The notes beneath the pieces were generated by a model, which did not search any database, was not told the DNA's origin, and saw only the letters and a program-made list of their open reading frames with translations. The position numbers and the translations under genes were made by a program. From positions 11,594,001 through 11,658,000 of the forward strand of contig CM059430.1 of NCBI GenBank assembly GCA_030390025.1: a DNA stretch of 64,000 bases, written 5' to 3'. The stretch is from Squalus acanthias (Eukaryota). This document shows positions 38,092 to 51,595 of this stretch, one piece after another (the first letter of the stretch is position 1; each line of letters starts with the position of its first letter).

Positions 38092-39015
38092 AGAAACATA
38101 GAAAAATAGGAGCAGGAGTAGGCCATTCGGCCCTTCGAGCCTGCTCTGCCATTCAATATGATCATGTCTGATCCTCTATCTCAATACCATATTCCCACTC
38201 TCTCCCCATACCCCTTGATGCCTTTTGTGTCTAGAAATTTATCTATCTCCTTCTTAAATATATTCAGTGACTTGGCCTCCACAGCCTTCTGTGGTAGAGA
38301 ATTCCACAGGTTCACCACCCTCTGAGTGAAGAAATTTCTCCTCATCTCAGTCCTAAATGTCCTACCCCGTATCCTGAGACTGTGACTCCTCGTTCTAGAC
38401 CCCCCAGCCGGGGGAAACATCCTCCCTGCATCCAGTCTGTCTAGCCCTGTCAGAATTTTATACGTTTCAATGAGATCCCCTCTCATTCTTCTAAACTCTA
38501 GTGAATACAGGCCTAGTCGACCCAATCTCTCCTCATACGACAGTACTGCCATCCCAGGAATCAGTCTGGTAAACCTTCGCTGCACTCCCGCTATGGCATG
38601 TATATCCTTTCTTAGATAAGGAAGTTGAAAATTATCCCAAAGTATGCGAGAGTCATTTGTATATGTTATTGCATGACATAGAAATTACAGCACAGAAACA
38701 GGCCATTCGGCCCAGCTGGTCTATGCCGGTGTTTATGCTCCACACGAGCCTCCTCCCACTCCATTTCATCTCACCCCATCAACATATCCTTCTATTCCTT
38801 TCCTCTTCATGTACTTATCTAGCTTCCCTTTGAATGCATCTATGCTATTTACCTCAACTGCTCCTTGAAGTAGCAGTTTCACATTCTAACCACTCTCTTA
38901 GTAAAGAAGTTTCTCCTGAATTCCTTCTTAGATTTATTAGTGACTATCTAATATTTATGATCCCTAGTTTTGAACTCCCCACAAATGGAAAATCTTCTCT
39001 ACGCTTACCCTATCT
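38092..39015 (-). mobile_element. Two CR1 3' ends (about 38092-38622 and 38677-39015)
   Basis: ORF 38181..38585 closely matches the C-terminus of 46623..47954. Confidence 0.9.
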
Positions 39016-39199
39016 TAATTTTAAAGATTTTATTATGGAGAATAAAAGATTGCTCAGAATGTTATAGTGCTTTTTAGATGTGGGGTAGAAAAAGCCCTGA
39101 CACTCAGATTCAAATCTTGTCTTACTATTACAGATACTTGCAGTCCCTTATATGACATGATCACAGCTTGCGCGATTTGTTGTACGGTTTGCATCAGAG

Positions 39200-39610
39200 A
39201 GCGTTTTACAGCTCATCCAATGGGTCATTAAGTAAATGGGCCATACAGTGCAGTACTGAGCAATGCAGACCAGCAAGCTTCTAGGTTTCATCTCTGAGTT
39301 AACTAATCCCAACTGTAGCAGCAGTAAGAATGCTCATAGACCCGAGAGAGCGAACAATTAGCCAGGGTTCCTATTCCTGATCGCTATCCAGTGACCTGTG
39401 CTGTAAGTGGCCATATGTGGGTGTCAGATAAGGACAGTGTCGGATTCAGCTATGATTGTCTGATGCTTGAATAGCCAATCAGCACTTGTTGTCCAGGTTT
39501 ACGCTTGAAGATCAGTCCTTAGCTGAAGTACCAGAGATTCATCTGTGTTGTGGCACCATCCTTCACTGTGAGCAACTGACTCCTGGAGAGAAGGAGTAAG
39601 GAGAGGAAAC
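39200..39610 (+). mobile_element. AmnSINE2-like SINE
   Basis: AGCCAGGGTTCCTATTCCTGATCGCTATCCAGTGACC core; related pieces near 20350, 43950, 48490 and 55295. Confidence 0.6.
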
Positions 39611-40079
39611 TGAGGGCAAACTAGGGAAGAACAGAGTTTTACTCATGAATCCGCTCATGTGACAGGAAGGAACTGTTTCATTTTTCCTTCCCTTGCCCTT
39701 TTTAAGTTTCCCCAAATCATTCTCTTTGTAATATGATGGGCCTTTCCCATGACATGCTATGACCAGCTGCATCCTCCACTCTCTGCCTTTCCCTGAATTC
39801 ATGTCTGAGATTGGAAGCTCAATGTGTGAGCAATCGTAGGCACCAACACCAGTTGAAGAGCTCCATGACACTTGTCTTGCAAGATGAATACACTGCACCA
39901 TTGTACTGCATAAACGTACAGGTTTACTGAAAAATAATCTCACCAGGATAGTCAGTACTTATTCTTTAACAGATACTAGGTGGCTGTGACTGAACTCTTT
40001 ATCACTATGAGTTAACTTCAATATGTAAGTCGTCAGGTAAATGATTAAAACCTATAAGCAGATTTAAAAACCTGAGAGA

Positions 40080-40560
40080 ACTAGCCGGTGAGATGTATTG
40101 GTGTTGAGCATCCACCTTGCTTTCCAAGTACCCGTCATCAACCCCCTCAACTTCCTTAACAAAAAGGATACCACTTGCTGAATGTCCAAACAATGCAAAG
40201 AATCCTGCATGTCAACATGAGATTTGTTGGAAGTTGCTACAATGCATTCATCCTTTGGAATTAGACCCTCCCTGAGCTCTTCAAGAAAGAAAATCATCTC
40301 AGTGGATGCCTTGTGGGTGACAAGTCATACCTCCTGCTCCCACAGATAATGAGCCCACATAGAGTTCCAGAAACAGCAGCAGAGGAGCACTACAATGAGG
40401 CACCAGCCTCTACCAGAGTGGTTATTGAGGGGACCATTGAGGCCTAAAAAGGGGATGCTTTTTCTGTCTTCACAGAGGAGGAGCAGCTTTGCAATAAGCT
40501 CTAGCTCGTACGACCCATATAGCTGTTGCCTTGCCCAATTTTGCCATCCAATAAGGCCGG
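40080..40560 (+). pseudogene. Decayed PIF/Harbinger transposase (HARBI1-like DDE core)
   Basis: Manual translation: KGYHLLNVQ...RFVGSCYNAFILWN*...LVGDKSY...MSP...AEEHYNEAPASTRVVIEGTI, with stops. Confidence 0.85.
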
Positions 40561-41704
40561 GACATTGACATTTCCAGGGAGCTGGTCCTATCTTCTTTGG
40601 AGGCAGAATTACATGGAGTAGAGCATCAGGATGACCATCACCATTGGTTAACTCCTTTTACCCCACCTCAAATAATGGACAAATCCTTCAATCCAGTGCC
40701 CATTCTGGAACATCACAACACATCAGACCTCTTTGCCCCTACTTACCCATGCCAATAAGGATCATCTAATTGAATACATTAGCAGGAAATAATTACACCC
40801 TTTCCTGTATGATTATAATCACCATGAAGAACAAAGCACAACATAAATGCACATTCTCCTTTAATACAACAAACACCAAAGTGAACAGAAGCCAACCTAC
40901 TCTTTCCTCACACCATCTTTCCTTTAGGTGGCTAATCATGTCTTTCTTTCTCCAATTCTCTTGCTTCTCCTAGGCATAATGCCAGCATTGCAAAAGGTGG
41001 TTGAATGCTCATGCGAGAAAAGGCTCATGGGTCTGAGGTGGTCCTCTTCTCATGGCTGCTTGCTATGGGATGGAGCCACAGCTGGCTCCATCTCTGATGT
41101 TTGCGCCTGGGCAGCCTGGTGTCATCTCCAATTTGTCACTGGCGTGGTGCTCTGAGGAGGAAGGCTGGTTGCCTGGCATGTACTGTTGTCCTGAGAAACA
41201 GCAGCCTCAGGCAGGTCACTTCCAGCCATTACCATTCCACTGTGCTTTAGATCTGTGTCCCCACTGACCAGCAGGATGGCTGGTCTAATTGCAGCTATCA
41301 GATCCTAAAAGCCCTGAGAGATAGTGGCCGGCATCCCAGCCCCCAGGGTCCGAAAGCCAGTACACAGGATACTGTCCAATCTGTCGGGGATGCCCTCTAC
41401 AGTGCCCTGCCTCTCATGGCCATTATGCGCAAGTGAATGGGCCATACCTGCTCCTGAGAAGCTCTTACTGTTTGCAGGTAGGGAGTCAAAAATCTTCCAG
41501 TGGTCTCGCACTCCCACAGCCAGTCAGAAGCAAGTCCCAGGCCAACTAGGCTCAAACCAAAAACAAGCTCTAAGAAGTCATTCCCAGCGGCAGGAAACAC
41601 TGCTTGAACTTTCAGCAATTCTCGGGCTCAAAAACCCCTCACTTCTGCCAGTCTCAGCTGATCCTGGCAACAGCTGAACATTATATTTCTCATTCCAGTT
41701 TACC

Positions 41705-42211
41705 CTTAGGAAGGATGTGATTGCATTGGAGAGGGTGCAGAGGAGATTCACCAGGATGTTACCTGGGCTGGAGCGTTTCAGCTATGAAGAGAGACTGGAC
41801 AGGCTGGGGTTGTTTTCCTTAGAGCAGAGAAGGCTGAGGGGGGACCTGATTGAGGTGTACAAAATTATGAGGGTCATAGATAGGGTAGATAGAAAGGAAC
41901 TTTTCCCCTTAGTAGAGGGGTCAATAACCAGGGGGCATAGTTTCAAAGTAAGGGGCAGGAGGTTTAGAGGGGATTTGAGGAAAAACTTTTTCACCCAGAG
42001 GGTGGTTGGAATCTGGAACTCACTGCCTGAAAGGGTGGTAGAGGCAGGAACCCTCACAACATTCAAGAAGCATTTAGATGAGCACTTGAAACGCCATAGC
42101 ATACAAGGCTACGGACCAAGTGCTGGAAAATGGGATTAGAATAGATAGGGCTTGATGGCCAGCGCAGACACGATGGGCCGAAGGGCCTCTTTCTGTGCTG
42201 TATAACTCTAT
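41705..42211 (+). mobile_element. CR1 3' end
   Basis: ORF 41717..42139; the (ATAACTCT)n tail is split by MITE copy C. Confidence 0.92.
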
Positions 42212-43103
42212 GGGGTAAAAATTAGGTCGCGCCCCATTGGGGCGCAAATATCGTCTGGACGCAAATATTAGCGCCTGGCGCTAGTTATCGGCACTGACTG
42301 GAAACTTCACTTTTACCGCCCCGGGAGGTGAGTGGAGCGCTAAATCAGGCGCTGCACACCTGTCTTAAGGCGCAAAGGCCAAGGAGTGAGGCGCTAACTC
42401 AGCGCGCTGGCGAAGCTCATGTAATGTCAGTCAGCAATGGAACACACACACAATGGCACGGGCCAGTTCTTAAAGGGGATGGTTAATCTTGCTTTCCATC
42501 CACATCCTGTTCATTGCAGCCTTGAATCTCGGCCTGGAGAGACTTGCACATCAAATGTGCTGGAAAGAACAATGGAGAGTATCAGACAAAGAGCTCAGAG
42601 TGCAGCTCCCACAGTCTCTGCTAAATCGATACAAGGAATGGCAAATCAAAATGAACCTGCAAAGTGCTGCTCAGTACCCAAAACTCCTTCACACAACGTT
42701 GAATCTCTCCAGAAGTCTCTCCCTCTCGCTCTCAGAATGCGTAGTTCAAAAATGCCACCAACAATAAAAGGCAGGAAGAGGCCCCCTTTAAATAGCGCCC
42801 CCCCCAGCCCCACAGCGATTGATAGCGTTCCAGTCTTCTGGTCGTTGGATGCGCCAGGCGGTAAGGCAGGGGGCGCCACTCAATTTCCGCTCCGGGGCGC
42901 CACAAGGGCGTTGCACCATGGAATGATGTCACAATCTGCGCGCGCAGGTGGTCGCAGCGGTAAAGTTTAGCGCCGCCGCACAATCTCTAGTTAAGTTCCC
43001 GAGTGGCGCAAACATCGCTGCGCCCGGGCGTTAGCGGCTTTGCGCCCCATTAGCGCCCTCTTAAGGCGCTAACGGGAGGCGCAACCAACTGAATTTTTAC
43101 CCC
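42212..43103 (-). mobile_element. Harbinger-type non-autonomous element, family 1 copy C
   Basis: TIR GGGGTAAAAATT/AATTTTTACCCC; reverse-oriented homologue of copies A and B; at least AT is duplicated at the flanks. Confidence 0.88.
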
Positions 43104-44979
43104 ATAACTCTATGACTTAGTGCATGGCGAGCACAAAGTCAGGAAATCCAGGGCTGCAGCGCCCCTGGCCGTCCTTTCAATATGTTCAATCAGCTGCATG
43201 GGGACTCGATGGTTGGATCTCATTTGGAAAGTCGGACGCTTCACTTTCTTTGAGGCAGAAAAACTGTGGAGGCAGTTTTCGCTCCAATTTGCTGGCCATT
43301 AAAGTGATGTTGCCCTGATTTTAGACCCCAGAGACACCAACACGCCATGGAACTTCAGGGCCCCGCTGTCTAGAACAGGTTCCACCCTCAGTGGACGGCT
43401 CTGCAAGTACCAGTTGACCATAATCCAAGAAAGATTGTAAACTTTGCTAAAATCAGTAACAACTTCAAAAACGAAACGAATAAAATAAATGTTAAAACGA
43501 GTTTATTTTAAAATAAAAATTATAAATTTTTGAAAAAAGCTTGGGCTAAAATCCCGTCCGCTCTGAAAGAACAATGTGGGTGAGTAGGAAGTGTTAAATA
43601 TCCAAGTGGTGAGTCATAATTTTCTACAGATGTACAGTAAAAGCATTTCAGTTCTAGTAATTCAATAGCATTTTGATGGAAATGTTTGCTTTGGCTATAA
43701 CATTTTTTTAAATCTTTAATTTCCTTCACCCAGCTTGTTGAGTGAATGTGGAAAGCAACCATTGACTCAGTAAGGCCATTTTATTAGAAATGTAGAATAA
43801 ACTATTACATTTATAATGTTATTACATCAAACTATACAGCGTAACATTTCATTTACACTTCTGTCAGTATAATGAATATTTTCGCGGCTTTAAATGCAGT
43901 TGTAATCTGCGACATCAACGGTACTTCGATCAGAGCCAGGCTTAATCCCCTGGTACCAGGTTTGAAACCCAGGGCTGTGCGTGTGGACATCAGGTAAGGA
44001 GGTTCAGACGTGACTGCGACAGCCTGGAAACACACTACCTCAGCTCACGCACCAAGGTAGCCATTTGGGTGAAGTACTGGACGGCTATCAAAGTGCCACA
44101 GATGGAACCATATCCTGGCGAGAGTCAGCACCTTCAGGAGAGGACAAAAATTGGAACAGAAAAGCATAAGTTCAGATTTTTGGTCATTGATAGGTTGAGG
44201 CATCATTGCTACATTTTATTTGTTTATCGTTTATTTACTATTTGATCAATAGCCTAAACTGCTGGGATCATGCTGGATTTAGTAGGAGTGAATGGAACGA
44301 TTCTGCTGCCTGATTTAAAAGGAGATGGATTTTATCAAGAGACATTCAAGCAATTGCGGCACCATTGGTGAGTGAGGCACAAAAGGATTCTGCTGTGTGC
44401 TAGTATATGATTTCAATAGGGCAATTATGAATGTACAATTATATCAACATTGAGACAATAACACCATTGTGTCAAGCTATCGTAACACTGTCACATCCCC
44501 TTCACATAACACACACTCAAAATGTTCATTTGGAATGTGATTTGCCCCCTTGCATTATTCTTCCTTTTGCTAATTTGACTAACCTTCACTTTTGGCTTTA
44601 GATCTGGTATTTCTTACATTATTTATCTGATGACAGAAAATATAATATCTGGTCGATGTGTCGCCACATAATATGACACCTGATAGGACCAGAGTGTGTC
44701 ATGAGACAGTAACCACATCAAAGAGCTCAGACCAGTAACCTCTGAACCCCAAGAAACTCCAGGTTTCATCCTTGAAACACATTCCATCAATGTGTTCGTT
44801 TTTGTAATTTATACAAGGGCAGTTTGTGGATGGTGATTTGATTCCATTTACAGCTACTTATTTCTCTTTTGCCAATGCTAGGTGGTGTTAAAACATTGTC
44901 TGTCAGTAGACCTGCAATTGAGTGAAGTGACAGCTGAGCGGAAATTTTACCAGGGTGAATTTCACTTTGGGTTCCAGAG

Positions 44980-45891
44980 GGAACTGCTTGTCTGACATAC
45001 AGTTCTGGATAAGCAGAAATTTTCTCCAATTAAATATTGGGAAGACCGAAGCCATTGTTTTCAGTCCCCGCCACAAACTCCGTTCCCTAGCCACTGACTG
45101 CATCCCTCTCCCTAACATCTGTCTGAGGCTGAACCACACTGTTCGCAACCTTGGTGTCATATTTGACCCCGAAATGAGCTTCCGAACAGATATCCGCAGC
45201 ATAACAAAGACCGCCTACTTCCATCTCCGTAACATCGCCCGTCTCCACCCTTGCCTCAGCTCATCCTCTGCTGAAACCCTCATCCATGCCTTTGATGCCT
45301 TTGTTACCTCTAGACTTGACTATTCCAACGCACTCCTGGTTGGCCTCCCACATTCTACCCTACGTAAACTTGAGGTCATCCAAAACTCGGCTGCCCGTGT
45401 CCTAACTCACACCAAGTCCCATTCGCCCATCACCCCTGTGCTCGCTGACCTACACTGGCTCCCAGTTAAGCAGCGCCTCGATTTCAAAATTCTCATCCTT
45501 GTTTTCAAATCCCTCCATGGCCTCACCCCTCCCTATCTCTGTAATCTCCTCCAGCCCCACAACTCCCCGACATATCTGCACTCCTCTAATTCATCCCTCT
45601 TGAGGATCCCTGATTATAATCGCTCCACCATTGGTGGCCGTGCCTTCTGTTGCCTAGGCCCTAAGCTCTGGAATTCCCTGCTTAAACCTCTCCACCTCTC
45701 TATCTCTCTTTCCTGCTTTAAGACGCTCCTTAAAACCTACCTCTTTGACCAAGTTTTTGGTCACCTGCCCTAATTTCTCCTTCTGTGGCTCGGTGTCAAT
45801 TTTTTTGTCTTATAATACTCCTGTGCAGCGCCTTGGGTCATTTTACTACGTTAAAGGCACTATATAAATACAAGTTGTTGTTGTTGTTGTT
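44980..45891 (+). mobile_element. L2 LINE, 5'-truncated
   Basis: ORF 44955..45773 has NFLQLNIGKTE, VRNLGVIFD, FVTSRLDYSN and LHWLPV; (TTG)n tail. Confidence 0.95.
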
Positions 45892-46109
45892 GGATAGCTT
45901 ATCATTGATTCCATCCTATTCTGCAATATATCAATCTATTGGCCTAATGACAGTGACAAACGGTAAGGGATGTGAGCGTTTCTGTGTGTATATATACGCA
46001 TGTGTGCATGTCTATATCAGGATCATAAATCCATAAGGAGGTATGCAAAGCGAGAAGGCCATTCAGCCCAACACGTCCTCTCCTTCCATAAACTGTGCAC
46101 AATCCGCCC

Positions 46110-48056
46110 GGTCTGAGGATTGGGAGCAGTATAGGATTCAGCAAAGAAGGACAAAGGGATTAATTAAGAGAGGGAAAATAGAGTATGAGAGTAAGCTTGT
46201 GAGGAACATAAAAACTGACTGTAAAAGCTTTTATAGATATGTGAAGAGAAAAAGATTGGTGAAGTCAAGCGTAGGTCCCTTGCAGTCAGAATCAGGGGAA
46301 TTTATAATGGGGAACAAAGAAATGGCAGACCAATTAAATACATACTTTGGTTCTGTCTTCACAAAGGAGGACACAAATAACCTCCCAGAGATGTCGGGGA
46401 ACATAGGGTCTAATGAGAAGGAGGAACTGAAAGAAATCAGTATTTGTAGGGAAATAGTGTTAGGGAAATTGACGGGATTGAAGGCCGATAAATCCCCAGG
46501 GCCTGATAATCTACATCCTAGGGTACTTAAGGAAGTGGCCCTAGAAATAGTAGATGCATTGCTGGTCATCTTCCAAAATTCTATAGACTCTGGAACAGTA
46601 CCCATGGATTGGAGGGTAGCTAATGTTACCCGACTATTCAAAAAAGGTGGTAGTAAGCCTGACATCGGTAGTGGGGAAAGTGCTAGCGTCCATTATAAAA
46701 GATGTAATAGCAGAGCACTTGGAAAACAGTGACAGGATCGGACAAAGTCAACATGGATTTGCAAAAGGCAAATCGTGCTTGACTAATCTACTGGAATTTT
46801 TTGAGGATGTAACTGGTAAAATGGATAAGGGAGAACCAGTGGATGTGGTGTATTTGGACTTTCAGAAGGCTTTCGATAAGGTCCCGCATAAGAGATTAGC
46901 GTGTAAAGTTAAGGCACATGGGATTGGGGGCAAGGTATTGACTTGGATAGAGAACTGGTTGGCAGACAGAAAGCAAAGAGTTGGAATAAATGGGTCTTTT
47001 TACGAGTGGCAGGCGGTAACTAGTGGGGTACCGCAGGGATCGGTCCTAGGACCCCAGCTATTCACAATATATATTAATGATCTGGACGATGGAATTGGAT
47101 GTAATATCTCCAAGTTTGCAGACGACACAAAGCCGGGTGGGAGTGTGTGCCGTGAGGAGGATGCCGAGAAACTCCAGTATGATTGGGACAGGTTGGGGGA
47201 TTGGGCAGAAGCATGGCAGATGCAATATAATGTGGATAAATGTGAGGTTATTGACTTTGGTGTCAAAAACAGGAAGGCAGATTATTATCTGAATGGCAAT
47301 AGATTGGGAGAAGGGGAAGTGCAACGAGACCTGGGTGTCCTTGTGCACCAATCGCTGAAGGTAAGCATGCAGGTGCAGCAGGCGGTTAAGAAGGCAAATG
47401 GTATGTTGGCCTTCGTAGCGAAAGGGTTCGAGTACAGGAACAAGGATGTCTTGCTGCAGTTGTACAGGGCCTTGGTGAGACCACATCTTGAGTATTGTGT
47501 GCAGTTTTGGTCGCCTTATCTGAGGAAGGATGTTCTTACCATGGAGGGAGTGCAGCGAAGATTCACCAGGCTGATACCCGGGATGGCAGGAATGGCGTAT
47601 GAGGAGAGATTGGGTCGATTGGGCTTATACTCACTGGAGTTTAGAAGAATGAGAGGGGAGCTCATTGAAACTTATAAAATTCTAACAGGACTAGACAGAC
47701 TAGATGCGGGAAGAATGTTCCCGATGGCCGGGGAGTCCAGAACCAGGGGTCACAGTCTAAGGATAAGGGGTAAGCCATTTAGGACTGAGATGAGGAGGAA
47801 TTTCTTCACCCAGAGAGTGGTGAACCTGTGGAATTCTCTACCACAGAAGGCAGTAGAGGCCAATTCATTAAATATATTCAAGAAGGAGTTAGATATATTT
47901 CTTAAAACTAAAGGGATCAAGGGATATGGAGAGAAGGCAGGGACAGGGTACTGAATTTGGATGATCAGCCATGATCTCATTGAATGGCGGAGCAGGCTCG
48001 AGGGGCTGAATGGCCTACTCCTGCTCCTATCTTCTATGTTTCTATGTTTCTATGTC
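46110..48056 (+). mobile_element. CR1 LINE with near-complete RT domain
   Basis: ORFs 46043..46732 and 46623..47954 are joined by a frameshifting deletion near 46650; KSPGPD, YLDFQKAFD, GVPQGSVLGP, KFADDT; (TTTCTATG)n tail; no endonuclease domain. Confidence 0.96.
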
Positions 48057-48489
48057 ATGCATCCACCCATTTTTATCTCCTGAGGGAAAGTTCCATGCCC
48101 ATAATCATAATCTCTGATCCTTGAAAATAATCAAACACAGCTCCCAAATATTCATCCATCCTCATAGCTCCACTCCTCAACTCTGGCCTACACCAGAAGT
48201 TGTTCGAACATTCAACTGCTCACAGTGCCATAATAATTAATGGTGTGGTAAAAATCCCAGAATGCACACATGCCTTGCTAACAATTCTAAAATGATCAAT
48301 GCAGGCCAGAAACTCACATAGCAAACAGATTTAAACATTGGCCGAGGTGGGATCTGCAGATTTATACCAGTCAATTAGTTCTTTTCTTCATCAAGGAATA
48401 CGTGATCTATTTGAAGTCTTCGCTTTCAGATGCAATAACGCCAAATGATGAGAAGAATAGAACTATAGGTATCTTCTTTTTGTTTTTCT

Positions 48490-48950
48490 CACTTCTTCCT
48501 TTTTCTCCCGCTCCTCCCTGATAGGAACTCCTGACCTCCTCCCCTCGAGGCACCGACTCATGCTAGAATCAGAGCTCACAGATGCTAGCAGACTTCAGGT
48601 ACATCACCCAAGTACCTGTTCTTCACATGTGAGCCTTCACAGTAAATGTCAGCGGACTATTTGGCTTTCATCACCATAGAGCTCATTTTATCCCCATCAA
48701 ACGTCCACACATGTGCACTTTCCAGTATAGATCACTGGATAATGATCATGAGCAGGAACCATGGCTGATTTCCACAGGCCCCTCCCCCCACCCAACTACT
48801 CCCTTCTAAATGGGCACTGTGGTCAGCTGTAGAAACCCCATTGTGTCCTAGTTGAGATCAGCCAAGTGAGCACAGTCCAGGGATCAAAGTAAAGACCTCC
48901 CTGAACCATATGGCTCAGTACCACTCCGTACAGTATATTTATTCGGCACA
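48490..48950 (-). mobile_element. AmnSINE2-like SINE
   Basis: TCACTGGATAATGATCATGAGCAGGAACCATGGCTGATTT is the reverse complement of the family core. Confidence 0.6.
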
Positions 48951-49504
48951 CCATTGAAGTGGCTATTTGAATAGAATTCCGATAGTAACAGCCGAAATAT
49001 TATACTCTTAAATGGTGCTGGGAGATGACGTTCAGAAGGAGCAGGGATGTAAATCTTTATGGTGTAGTAGTCTGACGTATTACAGTAATGTTATCAGCCT
49101 TTTTACTGGTACTTCTAGCTTCTATGTTTTTTATGGTGATAGGCGTGTGACACCAGTCCCCTATCTGCTGGCCAGGCCAAAGCTTCATACTTTACATTTT
49201 TGTCAAATTTGACAGACATTTTCCCAGGAGGATTAAATCCCTTTCTTTTCCAAATTGGGGTCAGTCTGGTAACAATGAAAATGGCGTTTAAAATATCAAA
49301 ACATTCCCATTACAAAAAGAAAGTCACGGTGCAAGAATTGGCAAAGTGTAGATAAATAAAGGGATAGCCCGTTGCTGCTTGGGGTTTTACAACTAGGAGG
49401 GAGATGAGAGGAATCCTGGTCAGAGCAGCCACCTTGTTTTTGTTTGTTTGGCAATGCACTCTTCCCTGGTAAACTTTTCCCAAGATTGGCAACCAAATAT
49501 CTGA

Positions 49505-49808
49505 CAAGGCCCCATCGGCCCTCTCAGTGGATGTAATAGATCCCATTGCATTATTTCGAAGGAGAGCAGGGGAGTTCTCTCCGGTGTCTTGGCCAATATT
49601 TATCTCTCAACCAACATCACTAAAAATGAGATGATCTGGTCATTATCACATTGCTGTTTGTAGGACCTTCCTGTGCGCAGATTGGCTGCCGCGTTACCTA
49701 CATTACAACAGTGATTACGCTTCAAAAAGTACTTAATTGGTTGTAAAGCACTTTGGGACATCCTGCGGTCATGAAAGGCGCTATATAAATGCAAGTCTTT
49801 CTTTTCTT
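49505..49808 (+). mobile_element. 5'-truncated DeuSINE
   Basis: Deu core through the tail GCGCTATATAAATGCAAGTCTTTC. Confidence 0.88.
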
Positions 49809-50110
49809 CAATATATCTGGTAAATCACATGAATGAAGCTGAAACCCTGTGAGACCTAGGGAAAAGAAAAGCTGGTGTGGTATTTTAAAACTGTGGCCAC
49901 GAAGAACGAAAGGTTAAAGGAATAGTGTTCAAAACCAGTACTACTGTGTGAGCTCTGAAAAAGGGAACTTATTTCCAAGCCTTAACTTCAAAGCCTTCCA
50001 CTTATTCAATTGCAGGAACTGAAAAAACATGCCAGTATGGATTAAATGGCAGTACTTGAAGTGGTCACCCAAGCTAAATATACCATATAGTGAACATCTA
50101 AAATTATATA

Positions 50111-50260
50111 AAAACAGAAAATGCTGGAAACACTCAGCAGGTCAGGCAGCATCTGTGGAGAGGGAAACAGAGTTAACGTGTCAGGTCAATGACCTGCTGA
50201 GTGTTTCCAGCATTTTCGGTTTTCATTTCAGATTTCCCGCCTCCGCAGTTTTTTGCTTTT
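50111..50260. mobile_element. Penelope-like terminal-repeat relic (inverted repeat)
   Basis: 34-bp arms at 50111-50144 and 50190-50223 with one mismatch; family assignment from recall. Confidence 0.65.
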
Positions 50261-51595
50261 ATCTGCCAATATAACCCTGGTGCAGTGCGGCATGCAGATC
50301 TATATAAGTTCTCTGAATCTGTGTCGGCAACACCTGGAGATGCCATTTGAATATTGACTATAAAAAACCTGCAGTGAACGTTTCAGTATTTGACTGCTTC
50401 GCGGCTTTTCTTTCTACCAGACGCCAACATGTTAAACTCAACAGGCATAAAATTGCTTTATATTTTACAAGTCACTTAACAATGTGTTAGTTATATTCTC
50501 CTTCTTTTACACTAGTTTACACAGCATAGAGCCAATTTTACAAGCCTCTGGCAGGCATGGGTTGGAAAATCAGCCCTCCAACCTTGCACATTCAATTCAC
50601 AGCATGCCCAATTTTCCAATGCGCAGTTTTGAGTGAGCCCAATGTGGCTGTACTGCAGGCCTGCCTGAGCTTCATTGAAAGAAAGAATGAACCTGCACTT
50701 ATCTAGAGTACCTTGCACACCCTCAGGATTTCCCAAAGCGCTTTGGCATGTGTAAGCAAATGAGGTCTTGTGCCGAATTTCCCAACTTCAGGCAAAGCTC
50801 TGCCTCCAGCGCCACATCACCCATTTAAAGCGGGAACATGACGTCTCAACAGCTTGGCCTACTGTGGAATCATTTTTAAAGTAAGGTCGCTGTTGCTTTC
50901 AGTTGCACTTGAAGTCTAGTTTTTTTTTGGCAGTGAGCATTTCTCTACTTCTGCATTGAAGATCTTGCATGCTTTTATTTCCTTCTATATGTCTGCCTTT
51001 TTGCCTCATTCCTTCAGTTTGTAAAGACACACTTTCCTAAAGTCTGGCCGATTACCACTGCAGTACAAGTTACACCTAACGAGCTTAGCAGGATGAGGCT
51101 GTTCTCATGGTCTTGCATGAAGTGGATAATGAGGAACCAATTCATGAGGGCACAACATCTTCGGGTGCAAAGACAGCTCAGATGATATGTTCACAGGCTC
51201 CAAAATCCCAGGACCTTTTCACAGACCACACCACTCCTGCCTAGGTCAAAGGAATCTGTTCTTCGCTGCCTCCACGTCACTACAGAGGCTTTTGCTGCGA
51301 CTGACAATCTCAAGAACTGGGTGGCTCTTTCCATAACTGATAAGGTCACCACGGCATTGAGCTCCTAAGCCACTGGATCCTCTCTGCCCACCGCAGATGA
51401 CATATGCCAGAGATGCCAATCAACGGTGGAAAGGAGACACCAAGCAGAGCGAGCACAGGACCTTTACCACTCCAGGGAGTTATAGATGGAACCCATGTGG
51501 CCATGAGGGCTTTACAGGTCAAACTAAATGGATACATGAGCAGAAACAGTTACTGCACGATAAATGTACAAATCATTTTAGACTACAGAAATATG

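Noticed and set aside
42437-42970. 177-aa ORF as a novel gene
   Set aside because: It lies inside MITE copy C; the full-length frame is not kept in copies A and B, and it runs through a (CT)n tract.
46623-47954. Active reverse transcriptase gene
   Set aside because: 5'-truncated CR1 with no endonuclease domain and a frameshifting deletion near 46650.
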